Source: Candidatus Omnitrophota bacterium (GTDB lineage: Bacteria > Omnitrophota > Gorgyraeia > Gygaellales > Profunditerraquicolaceae). From it: DNA of 64,000 nucleotides. The translations under genes and the position numbers were made by a program. The stretch covers positions 1 through 64,000 of the forward strand of contig JBEKSD010000003.1 of the NCBI GenBank assembly GCA_049517335.1, given 5' to 3'. Each line of letters opens with the position of its first letter. Positions within the stretch are counted from its first letter, which is position 1. Below the pieces are notes generated by a model. The model worked only from the letters and a program-made list of their open reading frames with translations. It was not told the origin of the DNA and did not search any database. This document shows positions 17,491 to 27,671 of this stretch, piece after piece.

Positions 17491-18401
17491 TATACTCCCA
17501 ATAATGCCAAAACTACGGCCGCTGACGCCAATATTGCCGGTAGGCCCCAGAAGAAACGTAAAATCTGGTCCACCCTTAAACGCGGATTGGTATTTTTTAT
17601 CAAGATTATGACTATCAATAAAGCCGCATATTTTATGAAAACAAATGCCGGGCTTAAGTCCCTGCCCAGGAACAAAATAATCGCGAGAAGCGGCAGGCTA
17701 TATAACAATATTGCCTTGGTCAATTTAAACGCGGCTAAGGGTAGGCCTGAGTATTCAATCAATGCCCCGCACATAAGCTCCTGCTCAGCTTCGGATACGT
17801 CAAAAAGTCCTAAGCCCAGTTTTGCCTGTATGCAAAGAAAAACGACCAGAAAAGCCAGGAAGCCTGAAATAGAAAAAATGTTTGAGCCGAAATATGTCTG
17901 CTGGGCAATTATCCCGGATAATTGTATTGCGCCTGCGCTTTTGATTATGACCGCTACTACTGCCAGTAAGAAAGGAAGTTCATACGCTAAAACCAATTTC
18001 ATCTCCCGGCCTGCTCCCATAGAAGCAAGCGGGTTCCTTGACGCAAAAGCTCCAAGCATCAAAGTTACCGGCGGGATGACGAGAAGATAAATAACCACGA
18101 GCAGGTCTCCGTTAAACCCAAACGGCTTTAAAAATATATTATTACCCAAAATCGTTGCCACAAGCGCTGCGCTCAGGCACCCTATATAAGGCGAAAACAA
18201 AAAAGTCGCCTGAGCATGGCTAGGTAAAATAATTTCTTTCCCCGATAATTTAACGATATCAATAAAGCTTTGATACCAGGGGGGACCGGCGCGGTATTGC
18301 AGGCGCGCGGTGAGTTTCCGGTCAAACCAACAGGCAAACAAGCCGACTGAGGCGCTAAAAAGAAACCCGGGGAATATTAAATAATTAAACAGAGTATTCA
18401 T
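17490..18401 (-). CDS. NuoH/EchB-like membrane subunit
   Basis: DRKLTARLQYRAGPP and FDVSEAEQEL. Confidence 0.9.
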   Translation of the reverse strand: MNTLFNYLIFPGFLFSASVGLFACWFDRKLTARLQYRAGPPWYQSFIDIVKLSGKEIILPSHAQATFLFSPYIGCLSAALVATILGNNIFLKPFGFNGDLLVVIYLLVIPPVTLMLGAFASRNPLASMGAGREMKLVLAYELPFLLAVVAVIIKSAGAIQLSGIIAQQTYFGSNIFSISGFLAFLVVFLCIQAKLGLGLFDVSEAEQELMCGALIEYSGLPLAAFKLTKAILLYSLPLLAIILFLGRDLSPAFVFIKYAALLIVIILIKNTNPRLRVDQILRFFWGLPAILASAAVVLALLGV

Positions 18402-18892
18402 TTCTTCTTCGGCGGCTGAATATCTTCCCTTGACCATTTAAGGGAATGCACCGCAAGATGCTCTCCAACTAAATAGATATTATCCTCTAAATTTTCTTCC
18501 ACTTCCTTTATCTCTACGGCTTTATGCGGACAGGTAACCAAACAGATGGGAAGCCTGTCTGCTAAACCTATGCAATAATCGCATTTTGAGTCCAAATAAG
18601 GGATAAAATCCTGAAAGATAATCCCGAATGGGCAGGCGATTGTGCAGCTCTTACAGCTTGTGCAGCGCATCTTATAGCGCTTGATATGGCCGTCATTTGC
18701 CCTTTCCAATGCATTATGATAACATGAACTTACGCAAGGCGCCTCTTCGCAATGCCGGCAGATAGTAGCGAAGGTCGCGTATTCGCGCAAAGAGGTAATC
18801 CCGTTATTCTGCGGATGGTAAAAATAATCACAGGATACTTTGCAGCTTTCACATTTATTGCAGATGTCTAAATCTATAAATAGCCTCTTCAT
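18398..18892 (-). CDS. Poly-4Fe-4S electron transfer subunit
   Basis: CRHCEEAPCVSSC, CTSCKSCTIACPFG and KCDYC. Confidence 0.85.
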   Translation of the reverse strand: MKRLFIDLDICNKCESCKVSCDYFYHPQNNGITSLREYATFATICRHCEEAPCVSSCYHNALERANDGHIKRYKMRCTSCKSCTIACPFGIIFQDFIPYLDSKCDYCIGLADRLPICLVTCPHKAVEIKEVEENLEDNIYLVGEHLAVHSLKWSREDIQPPKKK

Positions 18893-18894
18893 AT

Positions 18895-19713
18895 TTAATC
18901 CCAAATATCGTGGATGTCCTTCAACTGCCCGTAGGTGAACACCGGGCCGTCTTTACAGACATAATATCTGCCTATGCGGCAATGGCCGCATTTACCGAGG
19001 CCGCAGGACATATTTTTCTCCATTGAAAGATAAATATCCTCATGCCGAAAGCCCAAATCCAGTAATTTTAAAGTAACAAATTTCATCATAATCGGCGGAC
19101 CGCAGACTATTGCCTTGCTCATGCTAAAATCTAAAGGCACGTCTTTCAATATGGTCGTTACCAAGCCGACATTTCCCTGCCAACTGTTATCCCCTACATC
19201 AACGCTAGTAATAACATCTACCTTGTCTTTTCTTGCCCACTCCGGTATGGCGTTTTTAAAAACAATATCCGCCGGGGTGCGCGCGCCGTAACGCAGGAAT
19301 ATTTTTTTATAATCGCCTATTCTAGCGAATAAGCTGAACAATAACGAACGCAGTGGAGCGAGGCCTACGCCTCCACCTACGATTAAAATATCGTTTCCTT
19401 TGAATTTATCCAGCGGATAACCTTTGCCGTAAGGGCCACGCAAGCCAACAATAGCGCCTTTTTCCAGATTATGAAACTCAGCCGTTACTCTTCCCGCCTT
19501 CATTATCGTTACTTCGAATTTTTCCTTAATATTCGGGTCTGAAGAAGGCGTAAAGGGTGCCTCCCCTATGCCCGACACAGTCAATTCAATAAACTGGCCT
19601 GTAACAAAAGAGAGTTTTTCCTTGGGTCTTAAAACAAACGTTTTAATTACCGGAGTCTCCTGAATCACTTCTTCAATAACTGCCTCAACCGGCTGGTATA
19701 TATTTTTGTTCAT
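18895..19713 (-). CDS. FAD/NAD(P)-binding subunit (AsrB / sulfhydrogenase gamma-like)
   Basis: GPYGKG, GGGVGLAP, CGPPIMM and CGLGKCGHC..C. Confidence 0.9.
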   Translation of the reverse strand: MNKNIYQPVEAVIEEVIQETPVIKTFVLRPKEKLSFVTGQFIELTVSGIGEAPFTPSSDPNIKEKFEVTIMKAGRVTAEFHNLEKGAIVGLRGPYGKGYPLDKFKGNDILIVGGGVGLAPLRSLLFSLFARIGDYKKIFLRYGARTPADIVFKNAIPEWARKDKVDVITSVDVGDNSWQGNVGLVTTILKDVPLDFSMSKAIVCGPPIMMKFVTLKLLDLGFRHEDIYLSMEKNMSCGLGKCGHCRIGRYYVCKDGPVFTYGQLKDIHDIWD

Positions 19714-20782
19714 ATAGCTTTCTTAAAATGTAGCGGATATCAATTTTCCCCGGGCAGACATCAATGCACCTTCCGCACCCGCAGCAGGCTTGATACCCCA
19801 GATTATCCACAAAAAAATCAAATTTCTTCATATAGCGGTTACGCAGCCTCATATAGCGCATACGTAACGGATTTGCACCTCCTGCGACGCGGGTGAAATT
19901 TTTCAATAAACAACCGTCCCATGCGCGCGTTTTTTTGTTACTTTCCTGCTGCATTTCATCGTTTAAGAGGAAACAATGGCAGGTGTCGCAGATAAATATA
20001 CAGCCGCCGCATTCAACGCAGGTCTTCATCTGCTCCTGCCAGATACCTGAATTAAAACCGCTTCTGACAATATCCTGAAGTGTTTCTTTTTTGGGGATTT
20101 TGTGGTACTGGAGGTGCTCTTCCATCCTGTTTATGACGGTTTCCCTTTTTGCCGACCTTCCAGAGAGCTGGCCGAAGGTAGCGGCAAGTAAAATATCTTT
20201 CAGAGAATCGGCTATTTTTTTTGCTTTTATGGTAGCTATATCCACGAGGTAACCGTTACCAAGCGGCGAGAGGTTAAAATCAAAGCCTTCCGCGCAATGC
20301 GGATTTATCTCAAACGCCCTGCAGAAACAGGTCTCTTTAAAGGACGGGCAGTCGCCGGTAATTATGAGTGTTGAATCCCTCCTTGCTTTATAAGCAGGGT
20401 CTTCTCCAATGCCGCCTAAGAATACAAAATCCTGCACCTTTAGAGAAAAAAGGTCGCAGTTTTTTATGCCGGCTATTGCCAGTGGTTTTTCTTTCGGTTT
20501 TTTTACGCTGTTTTCTTCAAAATACTCACAGATCTCTTCCTTAAAATGGGCAAAAAAAGTGCGGGTAGGCTCTACGGCGCGGTATTCATTAAAAACTATA
20601 TCTTCTTTATTGAGTTGGGAGTATTTCTTGATAAGGTAATCTTCGGAAGGCAAACTGAACCCGTAGTCGCACTTTGGCTTAAACGGGCTCTTGATTTCTA
20701 TCGGAATATAAAGCTCGAAGTCTAATGCTATCCGCTCATAGAACTTAAAAATATCTTCGTTCTTTAGAAATAACGTTTCCAT
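19685..20782 (-). CDS. Fe-S subunit (AsrA / sulfhydrogenase beta-like)
   Basis: CVECGGC..CDTCHC, WDGC and CCGCGRCIDVCP. Confidence 0.9.
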   Translation of the reverse strand: METLFLKNEDIFKFYERIALDFELYIPIEIKSPFKPKCDYGFSLPSEDYLIKKYSQLNKEDIVFNEYRAVEPTRTFFAHFKEEICEYFEENSVKKPKEKPLAIAGIKNCDLFSLKVQDFVFLGGIGEDPAYKARRDSTLIITGDCPSFKETCFCRAFEINPHCAEGFDFNLSPLGNGYLVDIATIKAKKIADSLKDILLAATFGQLSGRSAKRETVINRMEEHLQYHKIPKKETLQDIVRSGFNSGIWQEQMKTCVECGGCIFICDTCHCFLLNDEMQQESNKKTRAWDGCLLKNFTRVAGGANPLRMRYMRLRNRYMKKFDFFVDNLGYQACCGCGRCIDVCPGKIDIRYILRKLYEQKYIPAG

Positions 20783-20830
20783 CCAAAAACATTTCTCTTG
20801 ATTACTATTTGGGTGAGTAATAGAGACTAA

Positions 20831-20859
20831 ATCTTAGCATAAGTCAACGGGAATGTCTA
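20831..20859 (-). promoter_or_regulatory. Candidate promoter of the hydrogenase operon
   Basis: TAGACA-17-TAAGAT with an extended -10 TG. Confidence 0.5.
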
Positions 20860-20872
20860 TAATATTTTGGAG

Positions 20873-21319
20873 CTATTTTGACAATCTTTCCCTGACTAAA
20901 TCGCTGACCAGCTTCCCAGAAGTACAACCGGCAACTTTAGCGTTCACTTCCTTCATAACCTTGCCCATATCCTTCATGCCGTGCGCATCCATTGCAATAA
21001 CAGCTTCTTCTATTACTTTCTTTATCTCATCAGCGGAAAGTTCCGGAGGCAGGTAGGCCTTTAATATATCCAGCTCCTTCTTCTCTTTATCCGCCATCTC
21101 AGGACGGCCGCCCCTGGTAAATTGTTCTACCGAATCCTGTCGCTGTTTTATCTGTTTTTTTATAATGCTAACCGTTTCAGCGTCGTCAAGCGAGTTCTTC
21201 TTCTTGGAGATTGCCACATTCATCATCTCGGCCCTTAGGAAACTTAAAACCGAACTCCTTAAAGAATCCCTTGCTTTCATCGCTTCTTTATAATCATTCA
21301 AGATTTTTTCTTCTAGCAT
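20873..21319 (-). CDS. yqeY: GatB/YqeY domain protein
   Basis: KEAMKARD, KQRQDSVEQF..GGR and DMGKVM. Confidence 0.9.
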   Translation of the reverse strand: MLEEKILNDYKEAMKARDSLRSSVLSFLRAEMMNVAISKKKNSLDDAETVSIIKKQIKQRQDSVEQFTRGGRPEMADKEKKELDILKAYLPPELSADEIKKVIEEAVIAMDAHGMKDMGKVMKEVNAKVAGCTSGKLVSDLVRERLSK

Positions 21320-21344
21320 AATGCCTCCTTCTTTTATTTAAAAA

Positions 21345-21704
21345 TTACCTACCGCCAAAAAGACTGTAACATAAAACCGCAAAGACAATGCAGGTTACAA
21401 TGACATACATTGTATCCCGCTGGCGCAAAAAAGCAAAAATAGAAAAGGCAACCCGGGCTATCGGCGTAGCGATTAAAACCAGAATCCCCAACTGAATCAA
21501 ACCTTTCCCGTCAAGGGAGAAAGCATATTTTATAATGCCGGCTACGTGGCGCAGCTTTTCCGGCTCTCCCTGAAAGACTTTATAATTAGATAAAGTAAGG
21601 CCATTGCTAAATACATAAACCAGGCCGCCGAGCATAACCAGCGAAGCTGATATGATAACGCCCATCCTCAGAAGGTTACCTATAAATTTCTCAGGTCCTT
21701 GCAT
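21345..21704 (-). CDS. DUF1634 membrane protein
   Basis: LIQLGILVLIATPIARV; usual partner of TauE. Confidence 0.8.
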   Translation of the reverse strand: MQGPEKFIGNLLRMGVIISASLVMLGGLVYVFSNGLTLSNYKVFQGEPEKLRHVAGIIKYAFSLDGKGLIQLGILVLIATPIARVAFSIFAFLRQRDTMYVIVTCIVFAVLCYSLFGGR

Positions 21705-21705
21705 C

Positions 21706-22542
21706 TTAAATATACCCCTTTATCCCCGAATATATCATCTGGATGGCTAATAAGAAAATGATTATACTGAAAATAATGCGTAAGTTTTTTGTTTCAGCGC
21801 CAAACAAGCGCCGGGCGCCTATCAGGGATCCCGCTAATATCCCTAATACAACCGGCATGGCTAAGAGAGGATCAATATACCCCCGCCTAAGGTATATCCC
21901 TGCTCCCGCAGCTGCAGTAACGCCAATCATAAAATTACTCGTTGCGCTAGATACCTTAAAAGGAATACGCATCGCGTGGTCCATGGCAACCACTTTAAGC
22001 GCGCCAGAACCAATTCCCAATAATCCCGAAATACCGCCAGCTAAAAACATAATACAAAAGCCTACCGGCACGCCCTGAACATAGTAAGACTCAAGACCTC
22101 TCCTTACAGGATATGCGCCGTCAAATTTTAAGCGACCGGCTAAAGGATCCGGCTTATTAACTAAGGGCAATTCACCTATGCGTTTTATGGTTAGATATGA
22201 GGAATATATAAGGACAAGTCCGAAAATCACTGCAATAGCAGAGCCGGATAATTTTGCGGAGATATATGCCCCCAAGAGCGCTCCAAAGGTAGTAGCCATC
22301 TCAAGGAACATTCCTATGCGTATATTGGTAAAACCCTCCTTTACATATGCGGAAGCTGCTCCTGATGAGGTGGCAATCACCGAAATAAGGGAAGCACCGA
22401 CAGCATATCTGATATCTACGCCGAATACCAACGTCAATAAAGGTATGATCACTACTCCGCCTCCTAAGCCTGTCAAAGACCCAAGGAACCCGGCACTCAA
22501 CGACGCCAGCCAGATAAGCGCGGAAAAGAGTAATAGGTTCAT
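21706..22542 (-). CDS. TauE/SafE (TSUP) family sulfite exporter
   Basis: GSLTGLGGG, SGLLGIGSG and ATSNFMIGVTA. Confidence 0.9.
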   Translation of the reverse strand: MNLLLFSALIWLASLSAGFLGSLTGLGGGVVIIPLLTLVFGVDIRYAVGASLISVIATSSGAASAYVKEGFTNIRIGMFLEMATTFGALLGAYISAKLSGSAIAVIFGLVLIYSSYLTIKRIGELPLVNKPDPLAGRLKFDGAYPVRRGLESYYVQGVPVGFCIMFLAGGISGLLGIGSGALKVVAMDHAMRIPFKVSSATSNFMIGVTAAAGAGIYLRRGYIDPLLAMPVVLGILAGSLIGARRLFGAETKNLRIIFSIIIFLLAIQMIYSGIKGYI

Positions 22543-22583
22543 AAGTTACTATATCTTACCACCCGTGTGCCCTAATGGCAATT

Positions 22584-23642
22584 TTAAAAATATTTTCTTT
22601 TGAAATACAAGGAGACGTTCACGAGGCTTATAAGTACTGGAACCTCTACTAACGGGCCGATTACCGCTGCAAATGCAGCGCCTGAGTTTATGCCAAAGAC
22701 AGCTACCGCCACAGCTATAGCCAGTTCAAAATTATTGCTTGCCGCAGTAAACGACAGTGTTGCCGTCTTGGCGTATCCGGCATTAAACTTCCTGCCCATA
22801 TAGAAGGATATCAGAAACATTAATACGAAGTAAATAAGCAGCGGCAGCGCAATCCTTAAAACATCCAGCGGGATGTGGAGAATGTATGCGCCTTTTAAAG
22901 AAAACATAACAATGATCGTAAAGAGCAGTGCTATTAATGTTACCGGGCTGATTTTGGGAATGAACTTCTCTTCGTACCATTCTTTATTTTTTAGCCTTAT
23001 AAGGATAAAACGCGTCACAATACCACCAATAAAAGGAATCCCTAAGTAAATAAAAACGCTTTCTGCAATCTGAACTATTGTTACGTGCACCGCAACCCCT
23101 TTTAATCCAAACCATGTGGGAATAATGGTAATGAATACCCAAGCATAGACGGAATAAAATAACACCTGAAATATGGAATTAAAAGCAACAAGGCCGGCGC
23201 AATATTCGGTATCCCCTTTGGCCAGATCATTCCAAACAATCACCATGGCGATACAGCGGGCAAGGCCGATCATTATTAAACCAACCATGTATTCCGGGTA
23301 ATTGTGCAGTAACGCTATCGCTAGTAAAAACATCAAAACCGGACCGATAATCCAGTTCTGCACCAGTGATAAAACCAGTACTTTAGTATTGTGGAAAACA
23401 TCTCCGAGTTCTTCATACTTGACTTTAGCCAGAGGCGGATACATCATGAGAATTAAACCAATGGCAATCGGGATATTAGTTGTTCCTACCTGAAATTTAT
23501 TCCAGAAATTCACTATCTGCGGATAAAAATAACCCGAAAAAACACCCATGCCCATAGCAAGAAAAATCCATATGGTTAAAAATTTATCCAAGAATGGTAA
23601 TTTTGGCTTTCCTTCAGTTGTCTTATTTTTTGCGTAAACCAT
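22584..23642 (-). CDS. acr3: ACR3 arsenite efflux transporter
   Basis: [27 protein letters not shown] and GPLVEVPV. Confidence 0.95.
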   Translation of the reverse strand: MVYAKNKTTEGKPKLPFLDKFLTIWIFLAMGMGVFSGYFYPQIVNFWNKFQVGTTNIPIAIGLILMMYPPLAKVKYEELGDVFHNTKVLVLSLVQNWIIGPVLMFLLAIALLHNYPEYMVGLIMIGLARCIAMVIVWNDLAKGDTEYCAGLVAFNSIFQVLFYSVYAWVFITIIPTWFGLKGVAVHVTIVQIAESVFIYLGIPFIGGIVTRFILIRLKNKEWYEEKFIPKISPVTLIALLFTIIVMFSLKGAYILHIPLDVLRIALPLLIYFVLMFLISFYMGRKFNAGYAKTATLSFTAASNNFELAIAVAVAVFGINSGAAFAAVIGPLVEVPVLISLVNVSLYFKRKYF

Positions 23643-23654
23643 AGCCTCGCTAAA

Positions 23655-23798
23655 CTAATATTTTTTGCAGCAGCTTGAGTTTTTCCTACTTCTTTTCCAA
23701 AGTTCCGTTGCCCACAAAGGAAATGAGGATATGCCAACCACAAGGACCCAATCAAACAAACCCAAGGCTTTAGTCTTGAATACCTTCTCTAAAAACGG
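23655..23798 (-). pseudogene. C-terminal remnant of a Ca2+-type P-type ATPase
   Basis: Hand translation PFLEKVFKTKALGLFDWVLVVGISSFPLWATELWKRSRKNSSCCKKY*; matches the cation_ATPase_C pattern PFL..VF.T..L...DW; no start codon. Confidence 0.65.
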
Positions 23799-23817
23799 AT
23801 TATTATCGTCTTGAGGC

Positions 23818-24717
23818 TTAAATTGAAATGAATTTCTTAAACTTTCTCAAGCGGCTGTCAAGGCCGGCTAATGTAAGCTGCGCTGTCCTGTTCAGCCCGA
23901 AATCTTCAACGTTAAAAGAAGCAGCTATGGTGCCGTAGGCGATTGCTTTTCTGACAGCCGAAGCATCCGTTCTTTTAACCTTTGCCAGATACCCCATGAA
24001 CCCGCCGGCAAAAGTATCCCCTGCTCCGGTCGGATCCACCACGCAATCCGTAGGATAAGCGGGAATAGAGAAAATAAAATCATCGCTATAAAATAACACT
24101 CCGTGCTCGCCCTTTTTGATTAAGACCATCTCCGGCCCAAAGCGGCGTAAAGTTTTAGCTGCCTTCATTAAATTTACTTCAGCCGTTAAACTTCTTGCTT
24201 CCTGATCATTAGCCACATAAATATCTACTTTCTTCAAAAGCCTTAATAGCGACTTACGCTTATGGTTTATCCAGAAATTCATGCTGTCTAGGCCGATTAA
24301 ACGAGGAGAATGCATCTTCTCCAGTAGGTTGTTTTGGATGTCGGGGTCTACATTAGCTAAAAAAATATATTTAATGCCTTTCTGCGATTCGGCGACAATA
24401 GGTTTAAAAGCGGAAAGCACCCCAAGGTCCGTGTTTAAGGTAAGCGCGGTATTTAAATCCCCCTGGTATTCCCCCTCCCACTTAAAAGTCTTGCCTTTAC
24501 CTTTTATAAGTGAAGTAAGGATGACCCCTTTTTTCTTTAAAAATGTAATGTGGCGCAAGGGAAAATCTTCTCCCACAATAGCCACTAAGTTAACTTTTAC
24601 AAAAAGCCGCGCGGACATCGCAAAATGCGCAGCTGAACCACCAAGCATATGCTTCTTTATACCGTAAGGCGTCTTAACCGTATCCAGTGCCACTGTCCCT
24701 AAAACCAATATACTCAT
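23818..24717 (-). CDS. PfkB family sugar/nucleoside kinase
   Basis: LGGSA and VDPTGAGDTFAGGF. Confidence 0.9.
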   Translation of the reverse strand: MSILVLGTVALDTVKTPYGIKKHMLGGSAAHFAMSARLFVKVNLVAIVGEDFPLRHITFLKKKGVILTSLIKGKGKTFKWEGEYQGDLNTALTLNTDLGVLSAFKPIVAESQKGIKYIFLANVDPDIQNNLLEKMHSPRLIGLDSMNFWINHKRKSLLRLLKKVDIYVANDQEARSLTAEVNLMKAAKTLRRFGPEMVLIKKGEHGVLFYSDDFIFSIPAYPTDCVVDPTGAGDTFAGGFMGYLAKVKRTDASAVRKAIAYGTIAASFNVEDFGLNRTAQLTLAGLDSRLRKFKKFISI

Positions 24718-24720
24718 GAA

Positions 24721-25347
24721 TTAATTATGCTCCTTTAGAAATTGTTCAAAATATCCTGGAAACGGAGATGTCAAATTAATCGGTTTTCCCGTTATCGGAT
24801 GTAAAAAATTTAAAGACTTTGCGTGCAACATCAGCCGTTTCGCTCTTAGGGTAAAATCCTTCCTAAAAACAAACTTTGTCTCTCCTACCAAAGGGTGATT
24901 TAAATATTTAAAATGTATCCTTATCTGGTTTGTCTTGCCGGTTAAAGGTTCGACCTCAACTACGCTGAAATTACTTTTCCCGGCTACTACCCTGAATTTC
25001 GTCTGAGCGGCTAAGCCGCCGATATCGGTCTTTATCTCTCCCGTTTCTTTCTTTAAATTACCATGCACAAAAGCAAGATATGTTTTTTTTATCAATTTAT
25101 CTTTAAAAAGCAGCATCATTTTTTTCTGGACAGCCTTACCTTTGGCATAAATCATTAAGCCTGATGTGTCTTTGTCTAAGCGGTGACAAGGATGCAGCCG
25201 CCACGGAATATTCCTACTTTTTAAGTCTTCGTTAAGGATGCTGGTGAGGGTACGGCTTTCGTTTTTAGGCGAGGGGATACTTAATAAACCCGCTGGCTTA
25301 TCTACCACCAACAACCACTCATCCTCATAAATCACGGGGATGTTCAC
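24721..25347 (-). CDS. RluA family RNA pseudouridine synthase
   Basis: VDKPAG, HRLDKDTSG and TGKTNQIRIH. Confidence 0.9.
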   Translation of the reverse strand: MNIPVIYEDEWLLVVDKPAGLLSIPSPKNESRTLTSILNEDLKSRNIPWRLHPCHRLDKDTSGLMIYAKGKAVQKKMMLLFKDKLIKKTYLAFVHGNLKKETGEIKTDIGGLAAQTKFRVVAGKSNFSVVEVEPLTGKTNQIRIHFKYLNHPLVGETKFVFRKDFTLRAKRLMLHAKSLNFLHPITGKPINLTSPFPGYFEQFLKEHN

Positions 25348-26270
25348 TAGATAATCTCCAGCATCCTATCAATGGCCTTTTTAGCTTTCAAGCGGATCTC
25401 ATAGGGGACTTTTACTTCTTCCTTCATTTCTTCCAGCGCCCAGAGGATTTTTTCCTGAGTCGTGCGTTTCATATTCGGACAAATTGCTGCTTCTGATGCC
25501 GGATAAAATTCCTTGCTCGGGTTATCCTGTTTAAGACGGTAAATTAACCCAACTTCGGTCCCGATGATGAACTCCTTTGCTTCACTTTCCTTGGCAAATC
25601 TGGCCATCTGGCTCGTAGAAAGCACTTCATCCGCCAACGCCACTACTTGAGGCGTACATTCAGGATGGACCATTACTTTGGCAAAAGGGTGGAATTTCTT
25701 CTCTCTCTTTATGTCTTCGGGCAGGATTTTAACGTGCGTCGGGCAGTAACCGTTCCATTGGATAAGTTTACGCCCTGTCCTTTTGGAAACAAAATCCCCC
25801 AGATATTTATCAGGTACGAAAATGATTTCTTTCCATTCTTTCAGGTAATTGACCACGGCAATTGCATTGGTGGAAGTACAGCAATAATCAAGTTCCGCTT
25901 TAACCTCAGCCGAAGTATTCACATAACCTACCACTACGGCGTCCAGATGTTCTTTTTTTAACTTTCTTACGTCTTCAGGCCTAATCATATTGGCCATGGG
26001 GCAGCCGGCATTGATATCCGGGACAATCACTTTTTTTTCAGGAGAGAGGATTGCCGCAGTCTCAGCCATGAAATGCACTCCGCAGAAAACTATCACTTTT
26101 GAGGCAGTTTTAGCCGCAGCCCGGCTCAACTCTAAAGAGTCACCGCGTAAATCCGCTACATCCTGCACCTCCGGCAACTGATAATTATGCACGAGGATTA
26201 TTGCATCGCGTTTCTTTTTCAACTCTTCAATTTTCTCGGCTATATCGCTTTTAAAAAATTTATTTTGCAT
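25347..26270 (-). CDS. nadA: Quinolinate synthase
   Basis: HNYQ, GDSLEL, GCPMA, HPEC and CPNMK. Confidence 0.95.
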   Translation of the reverse strand: MQNKFFKSDIAEKIEELKKKRDAIILVHNYQLPEVQDVADLRGDSLELSRAAAKTASKVIVFCGVHFMAETAAILSPEKKVIVPDINAGCPMANMIRPEDVRKLKKEHLDAVVVGYVNTSAEVKAELDYCCTSTNAIAVVNYLKEWKEIIFVPDKYLGDFVSKRTGRKLIQWNGYCPTHVKILPEDIKREKKFHPFAKVMVHPECTPQVVALADEVLSTSQMARFAKESEAKEFIIGTEVGLIYRLKQDNPSKEFYPASEAAICPNMKRTTQEKILWALEEMKEEVKVPYEIRLKAKKAIDRMLEII

Positions 26271-27340
26271 TACTCTAGCACCTTCTCTATGCAGCCGCCT
26301 CCCAACACCAGCCCTTTTTTGTAGAATACTGCCGCTTGCCCAGGAGTAATCGCAAACTGCGGTTCGTTAAACCGAACTTTGATTTTATTTCTAAGCGGAA
26401 TAATCCAGGCTGTTTCTTCCTGATGATTATATCTTATCCTCACCCCTGCTGCAACTTTCTTTTTAATTTTTTCGTTCACCCAGTGCGGGTTGCTCAAGAT
26501 GAATTCTTTCTTTAAAGCCTCTTCCTTCCTTCCTATGGTAATCTCGTTATTATTGGGATTAATTCCGGTTACATAAACAGGGTACCCTTTAGCAATACCC
26601 AAGCCTTCGCGCTGCCCCGTGGTGTAAAATGCTACTCCCCTATGCTTACCTAATATATTGCCTTTAGAATCCAGAATAACCCCAGGCTTAATTCTATTCC
26701 CCAATGCTTTCTCCAGGAACGGCCGGTAATTAACCTGCGGCAGGAAACAAATCTCCTGGCTTCCTTTCTTCTCTGCTACGCTTAAGCCAAATTTTCTTGC
26801 CATTTCTCTGACTTCAACCTTGGTATAATTCCCAAGAGGAAAAAGTATATGCCTTAGCTGACCTTGGTTAAGGCGGTATAAAAAATATGATTGATCTTTA
26901 TGCAAATCTTTGGCCTTCTTAAGTAATAATCCATTCTTTGTTTTTACGATACGGGCATAATGGCCTGTGGCCAGGTATTTTGCATCTAAAGAGAGCGCCT
27001 TTTTAAGAATAGTGCCAAACTTTAAGTACTGGTTGCAGCGCACGCAGGGGTTAGGAGTGTGGCCGCGCGCGTATTCATTCAAAAAATCCCTGATTACATA
27101 ATCATTCAGGGGTTTCTGCATGTTCAGGACATAATGCTTTATACCTAATTTATGCGCAACGCGCTGTGCATCCTCAATACCCTGAATCCCGCAGCAGGCA
27201 GGTTTTTTACGTTCAACATCAATTAAACTAAAACACATAGTAATACCGATAACTTCATAGCCTTCATTCTTTAATAATGCCGCGGTAACAGAAGAATCCA
27301 CCCCTCCGCTCATCGCCACCACTACCCGTTCTTTTTTCAT
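26270..27340 (-). CDS. mnmA: tRNA 2-thiouridylase
   Basis: AMSGGVDS, TPNPCVRCN, KDQSYFL, SQEICF and TPGQ. Confidence 0.95.
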   Translation of the reverse strand: MKKERVVVAMSGGVDSSVTAALLKNEGYEVIGITMCFSLIDVERKKPACCGIQGIEDAQRVAHKLGIKHYVLNMQKPLNDYVIRDFLNEYARGHTPNPCVRCNQYLKFGTILKKALSLDAKYLATGHYARIVKTKNGLLLKKAKDLHKDQSYFLYRLNQGQLRHILFPLGNYTKVEVREMARKFGLSVAEKKGSQEICFLPQVNYRPFLEKALGNRIKPGVILDSKGNILGKHRGVAFYTTGQREGLGIAKGYPVYVTGINPNNNEITIGRKEEALKKEFILSNPHWVNEKIKKKVAAGVRIRYNHQEETAWIIPLRNKIKVRFNEPQFAITPGQAAVFYKKGLVLGGGCIEKVLE

Positions 27341-27369
27341 AGTATGGTAATTATAGTATATTTTGACGG

Positions 27370-27409
27370 AAAAGAAAAGGGGTCGGAATTAATTCCGACC
27401 CCTTCTTTT
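27370..27409 (-). terminator. Terminator after the cold-shock gene (28-bp palindrome)
   Basis: AAGGGGTCGGAATT / AATTCCGACCCCTT with flanking T tracts. Confidence 0.8.
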
Positions 27410-27429
27410 GTTCTCTAATCCTTAAAGGA

Positions 27430-27630
27430 TTATATGCGGGTTACTTTGGTAGCCTGCTCACCTTTAGGTCCCTTCTCGATCTCGAACTCAACATCCTGTC
27501 CTTCTTCGAGAGATTTATAGCCATCACCCTGTATAGCGGAGAAATGAACGAATACATCACTTCCCGATTCAGGAGTAATAAACCCGTACCCTTTCTGGTT
27601 TGAGAACCACTTTACTTTACCTTTTGCCAT
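27430..27630 (-). CDS. cspA: Cold shock protein
   Basis: GKVKWF..KGYGFI and DVFVHFSAI. Confidence 0.95.
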   Translation of the reverse strand: MAKGKVKWFSNQKGYGFITPESGSDVFVHFSAIQGDGYKSLEEGQDVEFEIEKGPKGEQATKVTRI

Positions 27631-27671
27631 TATTAATTTCCTCCTTCCTTTCTGAAATTATTAGGAAGTAA

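Noticed and set aside
8653-20782. NADH dehydrogenase (complex I) or Ni-free Mbx/Ehr complex
   Set aside because: The large subunit has both CxxC Ni-binding motifs and a cleavable tail; no NuoEFG
18895-20782. Anaerobic sulfite reductase AsrABC
   Set aside because: No siroheme AsrC subunit; the genes are coupled to hydrogenase subunits
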